From Vicugna vicugna (lineage: Eukaryota): a DNA stretch of 64,000 nucleotides. This document shows positions 24,831 through 38,442 of this stretch, piece by piece (positions within the stretch are counted from its first letter, which is position 1; every line of letters begins with the position of its first letter). The stretch lies in NCBI GenBank assembly GCA_013265495.1, contig MU058337.1, positions 2,076,686 to 2,140,685 on the forward strand, read 5' to 3'. A program made the translations under genes and the position numbers. Below the pieces are notes generated by a model. That model was not told the DNA's origin. It searched no databases and saw nothing but the letters and a program-made list of their open reading frames with translations.

Positions 24831-26017
24831 TTTTCAATTTGTAAAATGTTGTCTTTGTATATTTATTAATTATGTTCCTATTTGTAGTTCTATGGTTAAT
24901 GACAGTGTTTTCAGTTTCTTTTTACTTTAGCTAAGACCCTAGACCTCATTTAAAAGTGTTACTAATGGATGTAAAAGATGATAGGAAAAACTGCTTTTTT
25001 TCCTAGTAGATGTGAGATCTGTGAATTTACATAGGATTGTGCAGTTCAATCATGCAGTTCTTGTAACTGACAAACTGTAATGAACTAAACGAGTAAGACT
25101 TCAAACAAAGCAATGAGCGTGACTGCTAATGAAAGTACAAAGCTGAGCCCCGTAAGTGGATTTGCTAGAGGTTCTTATCTGATAATGAGTATGGTCTTTA
25201 GCTTTCTGTGTTTTCATTATGATCCTTCAATTTACCGCTATGTATGTAGATTGCCTTATTAGAAACACTTGCAAAAATAGCGGACCTTTCAGAGGGCCAT
25301 AGGATTTTTTTTAAGTGATTAATATTTTCAATCTAAGTTAGAGAAACATAAAATTAAAATGTGGAAGTACTTTTAGTTCTCTAGAATTTAAAAAAAATAT
25401 TTTTTTTGTTTTGTTTTTGAGGTTGGTTTCCTAGGATTTATACCATTTTCTTATTTTTTCCCCCCAGTGAATTTAAGGGGTGGAATGAACAGAAGGGTGT
25501 TATTCAGATCAGCAGACATGTTGTTTTAAGCAAAACCATTCATTTTCCATTCATATACTAGTAGCTTAGCATGAATTTTATGTACTGAGTTCTTTCAAAT
25601 AACCTAAATCCAGTAAAAATTAGAAAATGCAAATTGGAGATGGGACTCTCATCTTCATAGCTCCTGTTGTTCAAGAAAAAATACATCCAAGTTGGAAAAC
25701 AATTCTGGTTTGGTGCATTCAATTATCACAATCATCACAGAGGTAGATATATATTCCGTCATTTGCAACTGTGAGATGAAATATGTATTCAGTAACTTTA
25801 AAAATACCGAACAAGTCCATCAGTGACTCAGCTAGGATGACTACAAACGCACATACTTACAAGCTTCAGCTTGTACCAGGCACCGCGCTATTCAACGCCT
25901 GCAAATTCAGTGTTTGTGCTAAGCTCTGTAGGAGTGAACAGTTTAGTTGGTATTTTTAGTTCCATTGGCCAGTGTGACTTCTCTTCATGGCTCTGCCACA
26001 GGGGAATTTTTTTTTTA

Positions 26018-26663
26018 ATTTAAACACAAGTACAATTAAGTTGTTTACCATTTAAGGATATATATATATATATATATATCCTTATATATATACACACACA
26101 CATATATACAGAGAAGATACAATGTACTGTATTTTTGTCAATACTGGAAATATTTATATTGTTAGAGTATAGGATGTACTGGGGAGAATGGCAAAGAATG
26201 GGGCTGAAAAGATGGCCAAAGCACATTTGATCTTGTGTGTCAAGCCAAGGAGTGGGGCTTACAGTATTCTGAATCATAAGGAATGTTAAAGAATTCCAAG
26301 CAGAAGAAAATATGATTGGATGTGGATTTTATAAAGCTCACATTTAAACACAAGTACAATTAAGTTGTTTACCATTTAAGGATATATATATATATATATA
26401 TCCTTATATATATACACACACACATATATACAGAGAAGATACAATGTACTGTATTTTTGTCAATACTGGAAATATTTATATTGTTAGAGTATAGGATGTA
26501 CTGGGGAGAATGGCAAAGAATGGGGCTGAAAAGATGGCCAAAGCACATTTGATCTTGTGTGTCAAGCCAAGGAGTGGGGCTTACAGTATTCTGAATCATA
26601 AGGAATGTTAAAGAATTCCAAGCAGAAGAAAATATGATTGGATGTGGATTTTATAAAGCTCAC
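26018..26663. repeat. Near-perfect 324/322-bp tandem duplication
   Basis: 26018-26341 and 26342-26663 appear identical apart from (AT)11 vs (AT)10; also visible as the twin ORFs 26020..26277 and 26369..26599. Confidence 0.97.
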
Positions 26664-28410
26664 CCTCAGTGATATGAAAAACAAGATGGGGGCTGGCAAG
26701 ACAGGAGTCAGGAAAAAAATAGTTGAATTTGGTTGCATCCATTTGGTCCAGAAGTTATGGGGTTTGCATCAAAGCAATAGGAGTTAATATGGAAGACGGC
26801 CACTGGGAATTACAGCCTCTTGGGTAGGAAAGGATGTGTCCAGCTCAAATGCAGGGTTTGTCAAAGGAGGAAGAGGGGAAGGAATATTGAGACAGGCAGG
26901 TGGAGTTCTCTGCCATTGTCAACAAGGAGTAGCCAATGACGCTGAACAATTTTCCGTCAGCTCCTCCCACAGTTCTGGCCTCTGCTAAGCTGATGGTCTG
27001 GCCCAATGCAACAACATTTACATTGGAGTGCTCCACCACGGTAATTCCAATGTTTTTAAACTTGGGGTTTGAAAGTTTGTCTTGGCAAATTTCCCTGGGT
27101 TTCAGTTTGGTTTGTTTGGCTAGAAAGTGGCATATTCAGACAGGCTTAAGTCCCAATCGTGGCAAACACAACCTGAGGCTTTTCAGATTCTATAGTTCAA
27201 CATACAGCGATCCGAGGTAGACAGTCCTGGATTACCCGTGTGATGTGCTGGCAAGGTGTGGGAGTTAGGTCATGAATTCAGCTTATGCCTGGGAGAGGCG
27301 GAGGAAGAAAACCTCGTCTGGAGACGGGAAACCTGGGGCAGACCTGACTCTGACCCTTGGTCATTTTTGTCTCCTTGAGAGAAATACATCAAATGTCAGT
27401 TTTTGGATAAACTGCAAAGTAGTTCAATTTTAGACAAACTTTTTATAAACAATCACCTGTCTATTCCATTTTCAATTTTATCTCATTAGCTGGAAAACGT
27501 CTAGGAGCCAAGCATATTTCTGTTTTGTGCCTTTATCCTCTGCTTACCTTCTTGTTTTGAGTAAAACAGCCTTGTTGAGCATTTAAAAGATATTTTCTGG
27601 TTATGTATATGTATGTAGAATTACTGGCTTAAATAAAACTATTACTGGCATTTGATAATTTAATGAATCTTTATTTTTCCTGGAACCAAGCACACTGATG
27701 CTGTAGAGGAAATGGTTATAAATGTTTCATTAAAAGAAAATCCGGTAATCAAATATAATCCAGAATTAAGAGAAGTGCATATGGCTTAGCATACTGGAGG
27801 TCCATAATGTCTTTCAGGAGAAAGAGATCTGTTATGAAAGAAATAACCAGCAGTTGTCACCTCGACAACTCTGCGGTCCGGGAATGTCTCAGTGTGATAT
27901 ACGCTCTCCTATTAGCGAAGCTACCTTGTTGCTAATCTTGTAGACCTCTTTCCGAAGCGAGAAAGACAATTGGTCGTCCCATTTCACTGGGTTGTAAGGA
28001 GTAAATAAAACAATGTATCTAGAAACACATTGGATGTTTAAAGTAAAATACACATGTTTTTTCTTCTCATCACTGGAGTCAGGTTTTCCATTAGTTCCAA
28101 GGGCTCTAAAGAACCTTCAGGAAGCTGTTTGTTGAGGCATAGTTGGGCTGTAGACACAGAGAATTTGGGGCTTTGACTCAGAGTGATACAAATGGGTAAC
28201 CTTGCTTCAATTGCCCAAGGAAAGACATTCATCTCACTAAGGGGACTGGGTAATGGCACCATAAAACATACTTGCAGATGGCTCTAGTGAGAAATACTCA
28301 ACTTAAAATGGACATGGAAAATTACCTATTGCAGCAGAAGACAGTTACTTTAAAAATTGTCACAGAGGGTATTGATGCAATGAAGAATGACAAGGAAAAT
28401 ACCTGGGACC

Positions 28411-28508
28411 TGTGTGTGTGTGTGTGTGTGTGTGTATACATGTCTATATCTGTATCTGCATCTGTGTATCTATATCTGTGTATCTATATATGTATGTCTG
28501 TATATATA
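28411..28508. repeat. (TG)n plus degenerate (TATATC/TGTATC)n
   Basis: Direct reading. Confidence 0.9.
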
Positions 28509-28808
28509 AAATCTCTTGTGGCAGAGAAAAAAAAAGATTAGCATTTGACACATAAGATAACCTAGATTACAAATGTGGTTTATGCACAGAACCGTGTTTG
28601 TGTTAGGATGATTTAATTATGCTTTTAATGCTAGAAGGTATGGTATCCACTGATAGATGATTTAATATCCATATACTAACTGCAACTATTAAATCATTAT
28701 AATCAATCTTCTGAAAAGACATCAAGTTCTTTTTTTCTCAGAAGTTTTTCACGTATTCCACAGGTGTAACTTGAGTATAAGTTGCATTTTTCTCTAGCGT
28801 ATGGGAAA

Positions 28809-29546
28809 ATGCTGGAGAAGGTGAGGAGAAAGGGAACCCTCCTACACTGTTGGTAGGAATGTATTTTGGTGCAGCCACTTTGGAAAACAGTATGGAGTTT
28901 CCTTTAAAAACTGAAAATAGATTTATCATATGACCCAGCAATCCCACTCCTAGGCATATATCCAGAGGAAACTATAATTTGAAAAGATACATGCACCCCA
29001 ATATTCATAGTAGCACTATTTACAATAGCCAAGATACAGAAGCAGCCTAAATGTCCATCAACAGATGAATGGGTAAAGAATTTGTGGTATATTTATACAA
29101 TGGAATACTACTCAGCCATGAAAATAATAAAGTAATGCCATTTGCAGCAACATGGGTGGACCTGAAGATTGTCATACTAAGTGAAGTAAATTAGACAGAG
29201 AAAGAAAAATACCAGATGTGGAATCTAAAAAAAAATTCCACAAATGAACTTATTTATGAAACAGAGACAGACTCACATAGAAAACAAACTTATGGTTACC
29301 AGAGGGAGGAAGAGGGATGGGGAGGGATAAATTGAGAGTTCAGGATTTGCAGAAATTAACTACTGTATATAAAATAAATAAACAACAAGATCTTACTGTA
29401 TAGCATTGGGAACTATATTCAGTACCTTGTAATAGCCTATAATAAAAAAATATGAAAAGGAATATATATATGTATAAATGAATCACTATGTTGTACACCA
29501 GAAATTAACACACTGTAAACTGACTATACTTCAATTTTTTAAAAAA
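28809..29546 (+). mobile_element. 5'-truncated LINE-1 (ORF2 C-terminus remnant + 3'UTR)
   Basis: atgctggagaaggtgaggagaagggaaccctcctacactgttgg...tatgacccagcaatcccactcctagg...tgactatacttcaat plus A-rich tail. Confidence 0.95.
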
Positions 29547-29624
29547 GGGAAGAAAAATATCTCAGGAAATATTCTGATTTCTTTATAAATATTATTTTAT
29601 TCTCCCAAAGGAACACTTAAAGTA

Positions 29625-29750
29625 GGTACTTTTTTTTAGGGCCAACTGAGTTCCAGAGAGTTAAATAACTGTCCTTAGGTCGCATGGCCAGTAAGTGCAG
29701 GACCAGAACTGGCCCGCAGGTCTGTCTGATGGCAAATCCCCTACTCTTAG
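29625..29750 (-). mobile_element. MIR fragment
   Basis: aactgagttccagagagttaaataactgtccttaggtcgcatggccagtaagtg...caggtctgtctgat. Confidence 0.7.
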
Positions 29751-30511
29751 TCAATTTACCTGCTGAGGCTAATGGACTGTTATCATCTCCAAGAGGGACT
29801 TTCAAGCTGTCTGCAGAGAAGTGCTGATTATTGTCTATGTTTTTTAAAATTGCCAGCCCATGGAAGACTAATATTTTTTGTAAAATACAATATAATGTCA
29901 CAGCAATGCGCATATGCTATAAAAGTTCCTAAAGACTTTGCTTTTGACACTTATCTCATTGTAATTCTATCACAAACTGTTCACAAACTGGCTTCAATCT
30001 CTTTTCAATAGCATGAATTTAAATTCCAATTTGGGATTTCTTAGATGTCACTTTCTAGGAGCTCCTGGTGTCATTGAATTCAAGTTGTGGAAAGTTTCCT
30101 CCAGGAAATTATTTTCATCCTTTGCAATAAATGATATAAAACATCTAATATAATTTGAGAGCACCAGGAAGTTTCATTATCAGTGCTCCAAAAATAGCCC
30201 TGCCAAATAAATTCTCTGTTATATTAGCTTTATAGATTGTGTATTATAAAAGAGGATAGTTTATAAAAAATACCCGGTTTGACTTAGGCCTGTTTTTCAC
30301 CATTATCCCAAATGTTAATGGGGTGGTTTTAGGGTCTATGGTATTATTTACAATGGGAGTAAGAATTCAGTGTACTGTGCTGTGGTTCTGTCTCTTTCTT
30401 GATCCTTAGTAATTCACTTTTCCTTCAGATAGTTTGATGAAAGTCTGACGTTTGATAAGATTCCCCTTCACATGATGTGGATGGTAAAAGTACTGGGCAG
30501 ATCTGTAAAGA

Positions 30512-30638
30512 GGTTTTTTGTTTTTGTTTTTGTTTTTGTTTTTGTTTTTGTTTTTAAATGAAGGTACTGGGGATTGAACCCTTGTGAGTGCATGCAAAGC
30601 ATGCGCTCTACCACTGAGCTATACCTGCCCCCCACCCC
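30512..30638 (-). mobile_element. Camelid-type tRNA-derived SINE with (CAAAAA)n tail and 21-bp TSD
   Basis: Reverse strand reads ggtatagctcagtggtagagcgcatgctttgcatg...gggttcaatccccagtacc (Pol III A and B boxes). TSD tactgggcagatctgtaaaga (30491-30511) vs tactgggcagttctttaaaga (30639-30659). Confidence 0.93.
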
Positions 30639-31253
30639 TACTGGGCAGTTCTTTAAAGAAACCTACAAATACTTCCAGGAAGTCTCAGTTTAGACAAGTC
30701 CAAACCATACTCTCTCGGTTTCTAGTTTGAGTTGGAGAGGTATGAGGAAACAGAAATCATGCTGCTCTCTTTAAGCAGATACGGCTGGCTAAGGAATGGT
30801 GGTCATTTAGCTATCTATACCAGAGGTGGTACTCACATGGCCACAGGGGACACGGAGGTCATTTAAATGAGTGCAGATTTCTAGAGTAAAGCACAAGACC
30901 CTGGTGGAGCCTTGGCTGAATGGAAAACACTTACCCCATAGGAAGGCCTTCACAGTCAGTCTTGTAAAGCTCTCTATGAGGCAAGCAATGCAGGTGTCTG
31001 GGGATTTGGCTAAAATGGCATTTCTATTTTCATCCTCTGTACACATCAGCAGCATGACTGTTCAGAGCTTTAAAATACCATAAAAACTAACTCTAAGCCA
31101 TTCAGTTTCATGTAATATAAAAATACTTTTAATTTTCTGATATACCAGCTACTTAGAAGGATTTTTCCCACAGAAATAAAATCCTCCCAGTTTTGAGGAC
31201 CAGACTGATGTGAGAGGAGAAAATGTGAACGCAGAAGCCGAGTGGGAAAGGCA

Positions 31254-32510
31254 CTTTTTTTTCTAATTTTATTTATTTATTTTTTTAACAGGGACACTTT
31301 TTATTGATTTGTAATCATTTTACAATGTGTCAAATTCCAGTGTAGAGCACAAATTTCAGTTATACATGAGCATATATATATATTCATTGTCACATTTTTT
31401 TTCACTATGAGCTACCACAAAATCTTGTGTATATTTCCCTGTGCTGTACAGCATAATCTTGTTTATCTATTCTACAATTTTGAAATCCCAGTCTATCCCT
31501 TCCCACCCTCTGCCCCCTTGGCAACCACAAGTTTGTATTCTATGTCTATGAGTCTATTTCTGTTTTGTATTTATGCTTTGCTTGTTTGTTTGCTTGTTTT
31601 AGATTCCACATATGAGTGATCTCATATGGTATTTTTCTTTCTTTTTCTGGCTCACTCCACTTAGAATGACATTCTCCAGGAGCATCATGTTGCTGCAAAT
31701 GACGTTATGTTGTTGGTTTTTATGGCTGAATAATACTCCATTGTATAAATATACCACTTCTTCTTTATCCAGTCATCTGTTGATGGACATTTAGGCTGTT
31801 TCCATGTCTTGGCTATTGTAGATAGTGCTGCTATGGACATTGGGGTGCAGGTGTCATTTTGAAGTAGGGTTCCTTCTGGATACATGCCCAGGAGTGGGAT
31901 TCCTGGGTCATATGGTAAGTCTGTTCCTAGTCTTTTGAGGAATCTCCATCCTGTTTTCCACAGTGGCTGCACCAAACTGCATTCCCACCAGCAGTGATGG
32001 AGGGTTCCCCTTTCTCCACAGCCTCTCCAGCATTTGTCATTTGTGAATTTTTGAATGATGGCCATTCTGACTGGTGTGAGGTGATACCTCATTGTAGTTT
32101 TGATTTGCATTTCTCTGATAATTAGTCATATTGAGCATTTTCTCATGTGCCTATTGATCATTTTATGAATTGCTTGTTTAGGTCTTCTGCCCATTTTTGG
32201 ATTGGATTGTTTGGTTGTTTCTTATTAAGTCATATGAGCTGCTTATATATTCTGAAGATCAAACCTTTGTTGATTTCATTTGCAAAAACTTTTTCCCATT
32301 CCATAGGTTGTCTTTTTGTTTTACTTATGGTTTCCTTTGCTGTGCAGAAGCTTGCAAGTTTCATTAGGTCCCATTTGTTTATTCTTGCTTTTATTTCTAT
32401 TGCTTGAGTAGACTGTTCTAGGAGAACATGTTTGAGATGTATGTCAGATAATGTTTTGCCTATATTTTCTTCTAGGAGGTTTATTGTATCTTGTCTTACA
32501 TTTAAGTCTT
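31254..32510 (-). mobile_element. Young 5'-truncated LINE-1 (~1.25 kb)
   Basis: Poly-T, 3'UTR, and ORF 31685..32110 ([17 protein letters not shown]...[18 protein letters not shown]...[20 protein letters not shown]), which is the ORF2 C-terminal cysteine-rich region. Confidence 0.97.
31685..32110 (-). pseudogene. L1 ORF2p C-terminal fragment (non-functional)
   Basis: CWRGCG...HCWWEC zinc-knuckle motif; no endonuclease or RT domain present. Confidence 0.92.
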
Positions 32511-33004
32511 TGAACTAAGTCTCCAAGGCAGGGCCTGGCAGCCCCGGTCCAGCCAGGCTGGGATGTTGGTTTGAGGGGGTGGAGGGGTGGCAGGGGACAG
32601 GGCTTTACGCCAGAGGCTGGGACCCATTTAAACAAGTGCTTCTCCTCCTGGTTAAGATTGAATGATTTCTAACTGCGCGGGCCTCTTTCCATGGAGTGTA
32701 TCGTTTATTACCTTCAACAACTTTTTCAACCGTTTTCTGAGCTCATTACTCAGTTTCTCATGAGATGAGCTGGATTCTCACTCGGGATGTTTCAGCATAT
32801 TTAGAGTCTCTTGTGCGTCCTTCTATACTATATTTATGTGCATAATTCATAACTTCCTGAGGCAAATATTGAGGATGGAAGAGATTTGATACATTTTTAA
32901 ATGTTCCTTTTTAACCAGATAATGACATTTTGTGTTTGGCCCTCACGTCTCCTTAGGAACCTCCAGGGCAGAGGTGTCTCCCTTCTCTTTGGAGCCCACA
33001 GGAA

Positions 33005-33130
33005 CGTCAGCTTCACGAGGGCAGGAGTCTTCCTGGCTGGCTCACTGATGCAGCCTCATGTCTAGAAGAGTATCCTTCTCATAGGAGGGGCCCATTATCA
33101 TCTCCAGATGGTGACTGAGTGAATGAATTG
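33005..33130 (+). mobile_element. L2 3' end
   Basis: agcttcacgagggcaggagtcttcctggctggctcactgatgc...tgagtgaatgaat. Confidence 0.65.
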
Positions 33131-34177
33131 TCCTCATTTATAGGTGACGAATGGAAAGATTTAATCACCTGATTAGTTTACATGGCTGAAACAGTCAGTA
33201 AAAACCCCCAGTCTTGACAAGAATCTTGATCTCTGTGTGATGAGGAACCACTAATCAGAATGATTGCTTGTGTGACTCTGGATTCAGGTAGATGCTCTTG
33301 GCAACAGTGAGAACAGATGGTCATGTGGGGTTTTGGAGGCCACTGGGCCAAGGACTGAGCTTCTGTAATAAAAGAAGTGGAGGGTGAGAAAGATGCTCTC
33401 GGTGCAAATGGACAGTGGGAGACAAGAGAAAGACAGTCACAGATGACTTCACATTTTCTGGGATTGGAGACTGAATCTTCACGTGAGTGTCCAACAATTT
33501 CATCCTCATCCCTGACCAAAGGCCAGTTCCCTATCTGACCATGTTACCCTCTGTAGAGTGGAGACTAACTAAGAAAGTAACAAAAGAAGGACATTGTCAC
33601 GTGGCCAACCTGCCCAGCTGAGTCAAGCCTGGGAATTCCAGGACTTGCCAGAGCTCCATCTCCTCATGTCCAATTTGAAGTCCTTGTAAGAAACGAGACT
33701 GGGAGGCAAGGGTCCTTCTCAGGACTGTGAAGAGCGGTGGCCCTGACTCTCCATCCCAGTCCAGCTCTGAGAGCGAATCTCCATCCGGAGCTTGAATGTT
33801 TATTCCAACTCCCCGTATTCACTCCGCTGCTGAGGGTTAGTTTGTATGTTCTTGGTGCTGGCATTTTTAGTTTGTGCTATTCTAAAACACATCCTCTTTC
33901 TTTTCTTTTTGGAATCTGTTTAAGTGCTATTCTCTTGTAATGCATGCTGGAAATGTGTTTTAATTTTGAGTGGATCATAAGCAATTAAAGAGAAAAGACC
34001 ATATCTTTTATATACATATATATGTGTGTGTGTGTGTATATATATCTGTATATTTTGAATCTCTTACAATTTGCAGTGCAGTCATCATATATGTGCTCAA
34101 ATGTTGATACAGCATTGGCAACTTTTCAATTAAATAAACCTTTCCTATCAAGTCAGTGATGCTAGATGATAAAATAA

Positions 34178-34278
34178 ATAGACAGATAGACAGATAGATA
34201 GACAGATAGATAGATAGATAGATAGGCAGACAGGCAGACAGATAGATGATTCACAGATAGATGGATAGGTAGATGATA
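34178..34278. repeat. (GATA/GACA)n tetranucleotide microsatellite
   Basis: atagacagatagacagatagata... read directly. Confidence 0.95.
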
Positions 34279-35569
34279 TAGCCTGGCCTGATTTCTGCAG
34301 TGAGTAATTCATACCTGGTAGACAGTCATCTACCTTTGAGTAGATGAATTGTCTATTTTTAAGGCAGAAATATATCACTGACCCAAAAAGAATGTTACTT
34401 TATTCGTTTTTCTTGAAAAACAGATTTGTCTGCTAAATGTGGACAGTTTATTTTCGGGGACTGGTTAACTCGGTAGGAGTATTAGACATGCAGCAAACAT
34501 CTCTTAGTTGATGTGGGACCCTAGACAAGATACAGTTTCAACTTTTACAGAACCTACCTTTTGAAAGGTATTTTAACCTATTTGAAATTCACTGGAAACC
34601 TACCACAAAATCATAAATATTCAGGAGTCGAACTAATAGTGTAACAGGACTCTAGAAGATCTTCCTCCCTCCCTCTGCCGATTTTCTTCTGCTGAAGTCA
34701 GGAGTTAACGACACAGGGTCAGAGCTCTGGGTTACACAGGCACACGGTACGTCATCAACCTTGATGCCAGACATAGCCTTTATCACAAATGCCTTATGGA
34801 GACTGAATTGTAGAAGAATTAATTTTAGAGATAATATAAGCTTGAAAGTATGGTTGTTTGCTAGAAACATTATAATTCTAAGCTCAGTGATTTTTTTATG
34901 CCAATTAATGATTTCAGGATTACTTATGAGGGCGTTTCAAGTTCACAGAAATTTTAAAGGCACAGAAACTGTTTACCACGCTGTCATCTCAGAAGCAATA
35001 GAGACAAGAGCAAAAGGAAATGCTTCAACCACCTTCATTAAGAAGTTTATTGAACTGCTTATTTCAACAGCAGGATATAAACAGAGAAAACAGCCCTTAG
35101 AAATAAATATTAAAAGCTTATCTCCGTAGGCCTATAGCAGAGAACAGAGGGCTAACAGCCTCTGATACAGCTTGGGAGACCCTTCCTCCGCTGGAAATGC
35201 ACCAAAGAAAACCTTTCCAAGAAGGAAACCTTTTTCTGAGAAAAAAGGGGAAATTTTCTAAAAGTCTATTAAAACACTCAGTGTGAAATAATAGAAAAAA
35301 ATTAAAGGATGCAACATAAAATAATACGGCCTACGAATTCAGCAGGTTGTAACAGGAAAGGAAAAATACCACCTCTGTCAGGTTAATAAAATGAGAAGTG
35401 AAATTAAACACGATAAATAAGATTTCTTCCGGTCTTTAAAAAGAAAACGGTTCAAAGGGAATCATTTGCTGAGGCTTAACTGTTTCCAGCAATTCCTCTT
35501 TCAGTGAAATGCTGTCGTCCTGCAGCTCGGTCTGCAGTGTGGTCTTCACACCCAGATGCTGGGCAGGGA

Positions 35570-35930
35570 CGTGGTGGAGACAACGGGGTTTGGCCAGCAA
35601 GTGAAATCGGGTTCAACTCTCGGTCCTGCTTCCTGTTTTAGGGCCCTGGGCTCTTTCCTAGTCTCCACGGTCGCGGATTAATCCTCTGTAAATTAGGTGA
35701 TCCTATCCTGGCCGGCGGTTGAGCGCAAGGGTTTCAGAGCTGGACCACCTTGAGCTAGAGTCGACCACTACGACCTGTGTGTAAGCAGGTCACCCTCTTG
35801 AGAAGCCTGTGTCTCCTCACCTGGGAGAAGGATTCTAAGATGCATCTCTCACAATTGCCAGGACTGAGTAAGCCCACGGGAAGTGTTGGGTTTAGCACCT
35901 GGGACACAGTGAGGGCTCAATAAATCAAGC
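35570..35930 (+). mobile_element. Two adjacent MIR fragments
   Basis: gggttcaactctcggtcctgcttcc...ctctgtaaattagg; agcctgtgtctcctcacctgggagaagg...ttagcacctgggacacagtgagggctcaataaat. Confidence 0.6.
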
Positions 35931-36049
35931 CAGCGTGGCGTGAGGTTGGTGATGGTGCACGGAAGATTCAGTGATGTGCCTCATAAAAATCTCTTGAAAC
36001 CTGGCGAGTTCTGAGTAAACAGGAATTCTCTTCTCCTGCCCCACTATTT

Positions 36050-36826
36050 AAAAAAAATTATTTTTTAATTGAGGTATAATCGATTTACAATGCTGTGTTA
36101 ATTCCTAGTGTAAAGCATAGTGATTCGTTTATACATATATATTCTTTTTCATTATAAGCCATTGCAAAGTATTGAATATAGTTCCCTGTGCTTCACAGTA
36201 GGACATTGTTGTTTATCTGTTTAATATATAATAGTTTGTATCTGCAAATCCTGAACTCCTAATTTATCCTTCGTCCCCTCTTCCCCCCCAACCATAAGTT
36301 TGTTTTCTGTCTGTGAGTCTCTCTCTGTTTTGTAGATAAGTTTATTTATGTTTTTTTAAAAAAGATTCCACATAAGTGATATCATATGGTATTTTTCTTT
36401 TTCTTTCTCTATGTATAGACATACATACATACACACACACATATTACATCTTCTTTATCCAGTCATCTGTCAATGGATCGGGTCCAATCCTGTTGCTGGA
36501 AATGGCATTATTTCATTTTTATGGCAGAGTAGTATTCCATTGTGTGTGTGTATGTATGTATAGACATATACACACACACACACATATTACATCTTCTTTA
36601 TCCAGTCATCTGTCAATGGACATTCAGGTTGCTTCCGTGTCTTGGCTATTGTAAATAGTGCTGCTATGAACATTGGGGTGCATGTGTTTCTTTGAATTAG
36701 AGTTCTCTCTGGATATATGCCCAGGAGTGTGATTGCTGGATCATACGGTAAGTCTATTTTTAGTTTTCTGAGGAATCTCCACACTGTTTTCCATAATGGC
36801 TGCACCAAACTATATTCCCACCAACC
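36050..36826 (-). mobile_element. 5'-truncated LINE-1 with internal templated duplication
   Basis: L1 3'UTR motifs and ORF 36587..36808 ([25 protein letters not shown]). Possible TSD tgccccactattt (36037) / tgtcacactattt (36835). Confidence 0.95.
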
Positions 36827-38442
36827 CCCAACAGTGTCACACTATTTTGACCCAGACACAAGGTCTTCAATGGCAAAGACCAGTGGCTATTATGGAGCAT
36901 ATTACATACAGATATTTAGTTCATATCTGCTAATTAAGGACTGGTTGAATAAACGCACCCATGCACACCTACCTCCTACAGTTGTATAACACTCAGGGTG
37001 TATGACTCATTCTTGTATATATCGCCGCATTTGAAAAGCACGGTGATCCCACGAGGTAGATTCCACTAGCATAGTTTTCCTCATTTTCCAAAAATTGTTA
37101 GGATGCAGAAAAATGAGCTCATACTAGGAGAGTGACGTGGCTGGTTAGTAGATCCAGCGCTGCTCTCCCGTAATTTGGTGTACTTTCTATGATCACATGC
37201 GAGTCGCTGGGAAGTTCTAGAATTTTGCATAGAGGAGTTGATGCCCGCATGTGAGAAGTGTGCTTCTGATTAGGAACACGCCAGAACTCCCCTAGAAAGA
37301 TAGCCCTGGGAACATACACGACAACATTGGCAGCCCTGTATCCCTCTTCTAAGGAGGCCCCAGACTTTCCCTGGCCTCAGTCGGATCCCTCAGAATATCT
37401 TCTCCAAGACAGAACCCAGCAGAACTCTGCTTACTTTGCAGAAAGCCTGAGTCTTTTGGTATCAGGAGAGCACAAAACATAGTGAGCCTTTGTGTTCTTT
37501 TAATCAAATTTCAGGACCAAGCTGTTTGCACCCAGCTTCTAAAAGTCTGCAAATGTTATGGGGCCAGAAATGGACTGGAAAAGAGTTGACAGAGGATGTG
37601 GAACAGAAATGCTTGTATCATTGAGAAAATAATGTTTCTATTTACTGAAATTGAACCCAAAAGGGCAGAGGTCTCTAGGCAAGGATCCTCCCTCCCTCTC
37701 CCTCCTTCTGCTTCTTATGAACCCTGTTCTTTTCATGTTAAGTCAATTTGCAAAATTCCTGACTCCCCACTTCCCTTCCTGTCTTAATCTCCATGGATTA
37801 ATGAAACTGACAGTCAGATCTAGGCAACCAGGGACCACAGGTGGCTCTTGCTTGTAAACAGAAAGTTAAGGTGGTTTTATTGTTTACACGGAAGTGACTG
37901 AGCAGATCAGTGGATGGATTAACTAGAAACCTCTTCTTCCTGGGAAAGGTCGGACTCATGCAAATAGGAAGGGTTCTTTCAAGCTTGTTCCCACTGCCTG
38001 AAAAACACACCTGCCTGTCCCCACTCTCCTGGGATACAGGTCATCTCTCCCATTTTATTAAAGATAATTTATAATTGTGTTATGGTGGCTGCCTCTCTGA
38101 TATCCTTAAAATGGAAACACTCTAGAGGGGGAATAGGACAAAAAGATCTGGGATTTAGAGACGTCTGTGAGAAAAAAATCTTTAAATTAATTTAGAAGGA
38201 GGCAATCACTGCCCTAAATAAATGATACAATCTAGAGTCCTGGGAACATTTTGCAGCTTCCTTGAGATCCATTTCTTGAATAGGTAGTACCATTATTCTG
38301 AAGATCGAGATGATAGAAATCTGATTAAGGAAACAGAAAACTTGAGAATACCTTTCCAATTGCAAGCAGTAATTCAGCTGCCTTTGAAGTGGCTTGTAGC
38401 ATCATAGGAAGTCGGTGGGCTTGGCTGACCTTGGGTCTTGTT

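Noticed and set aside
34761..35129. 122-aa ORF
   Set aside because: Non-ATG start, no recognisable homology or clear exon boundaries.
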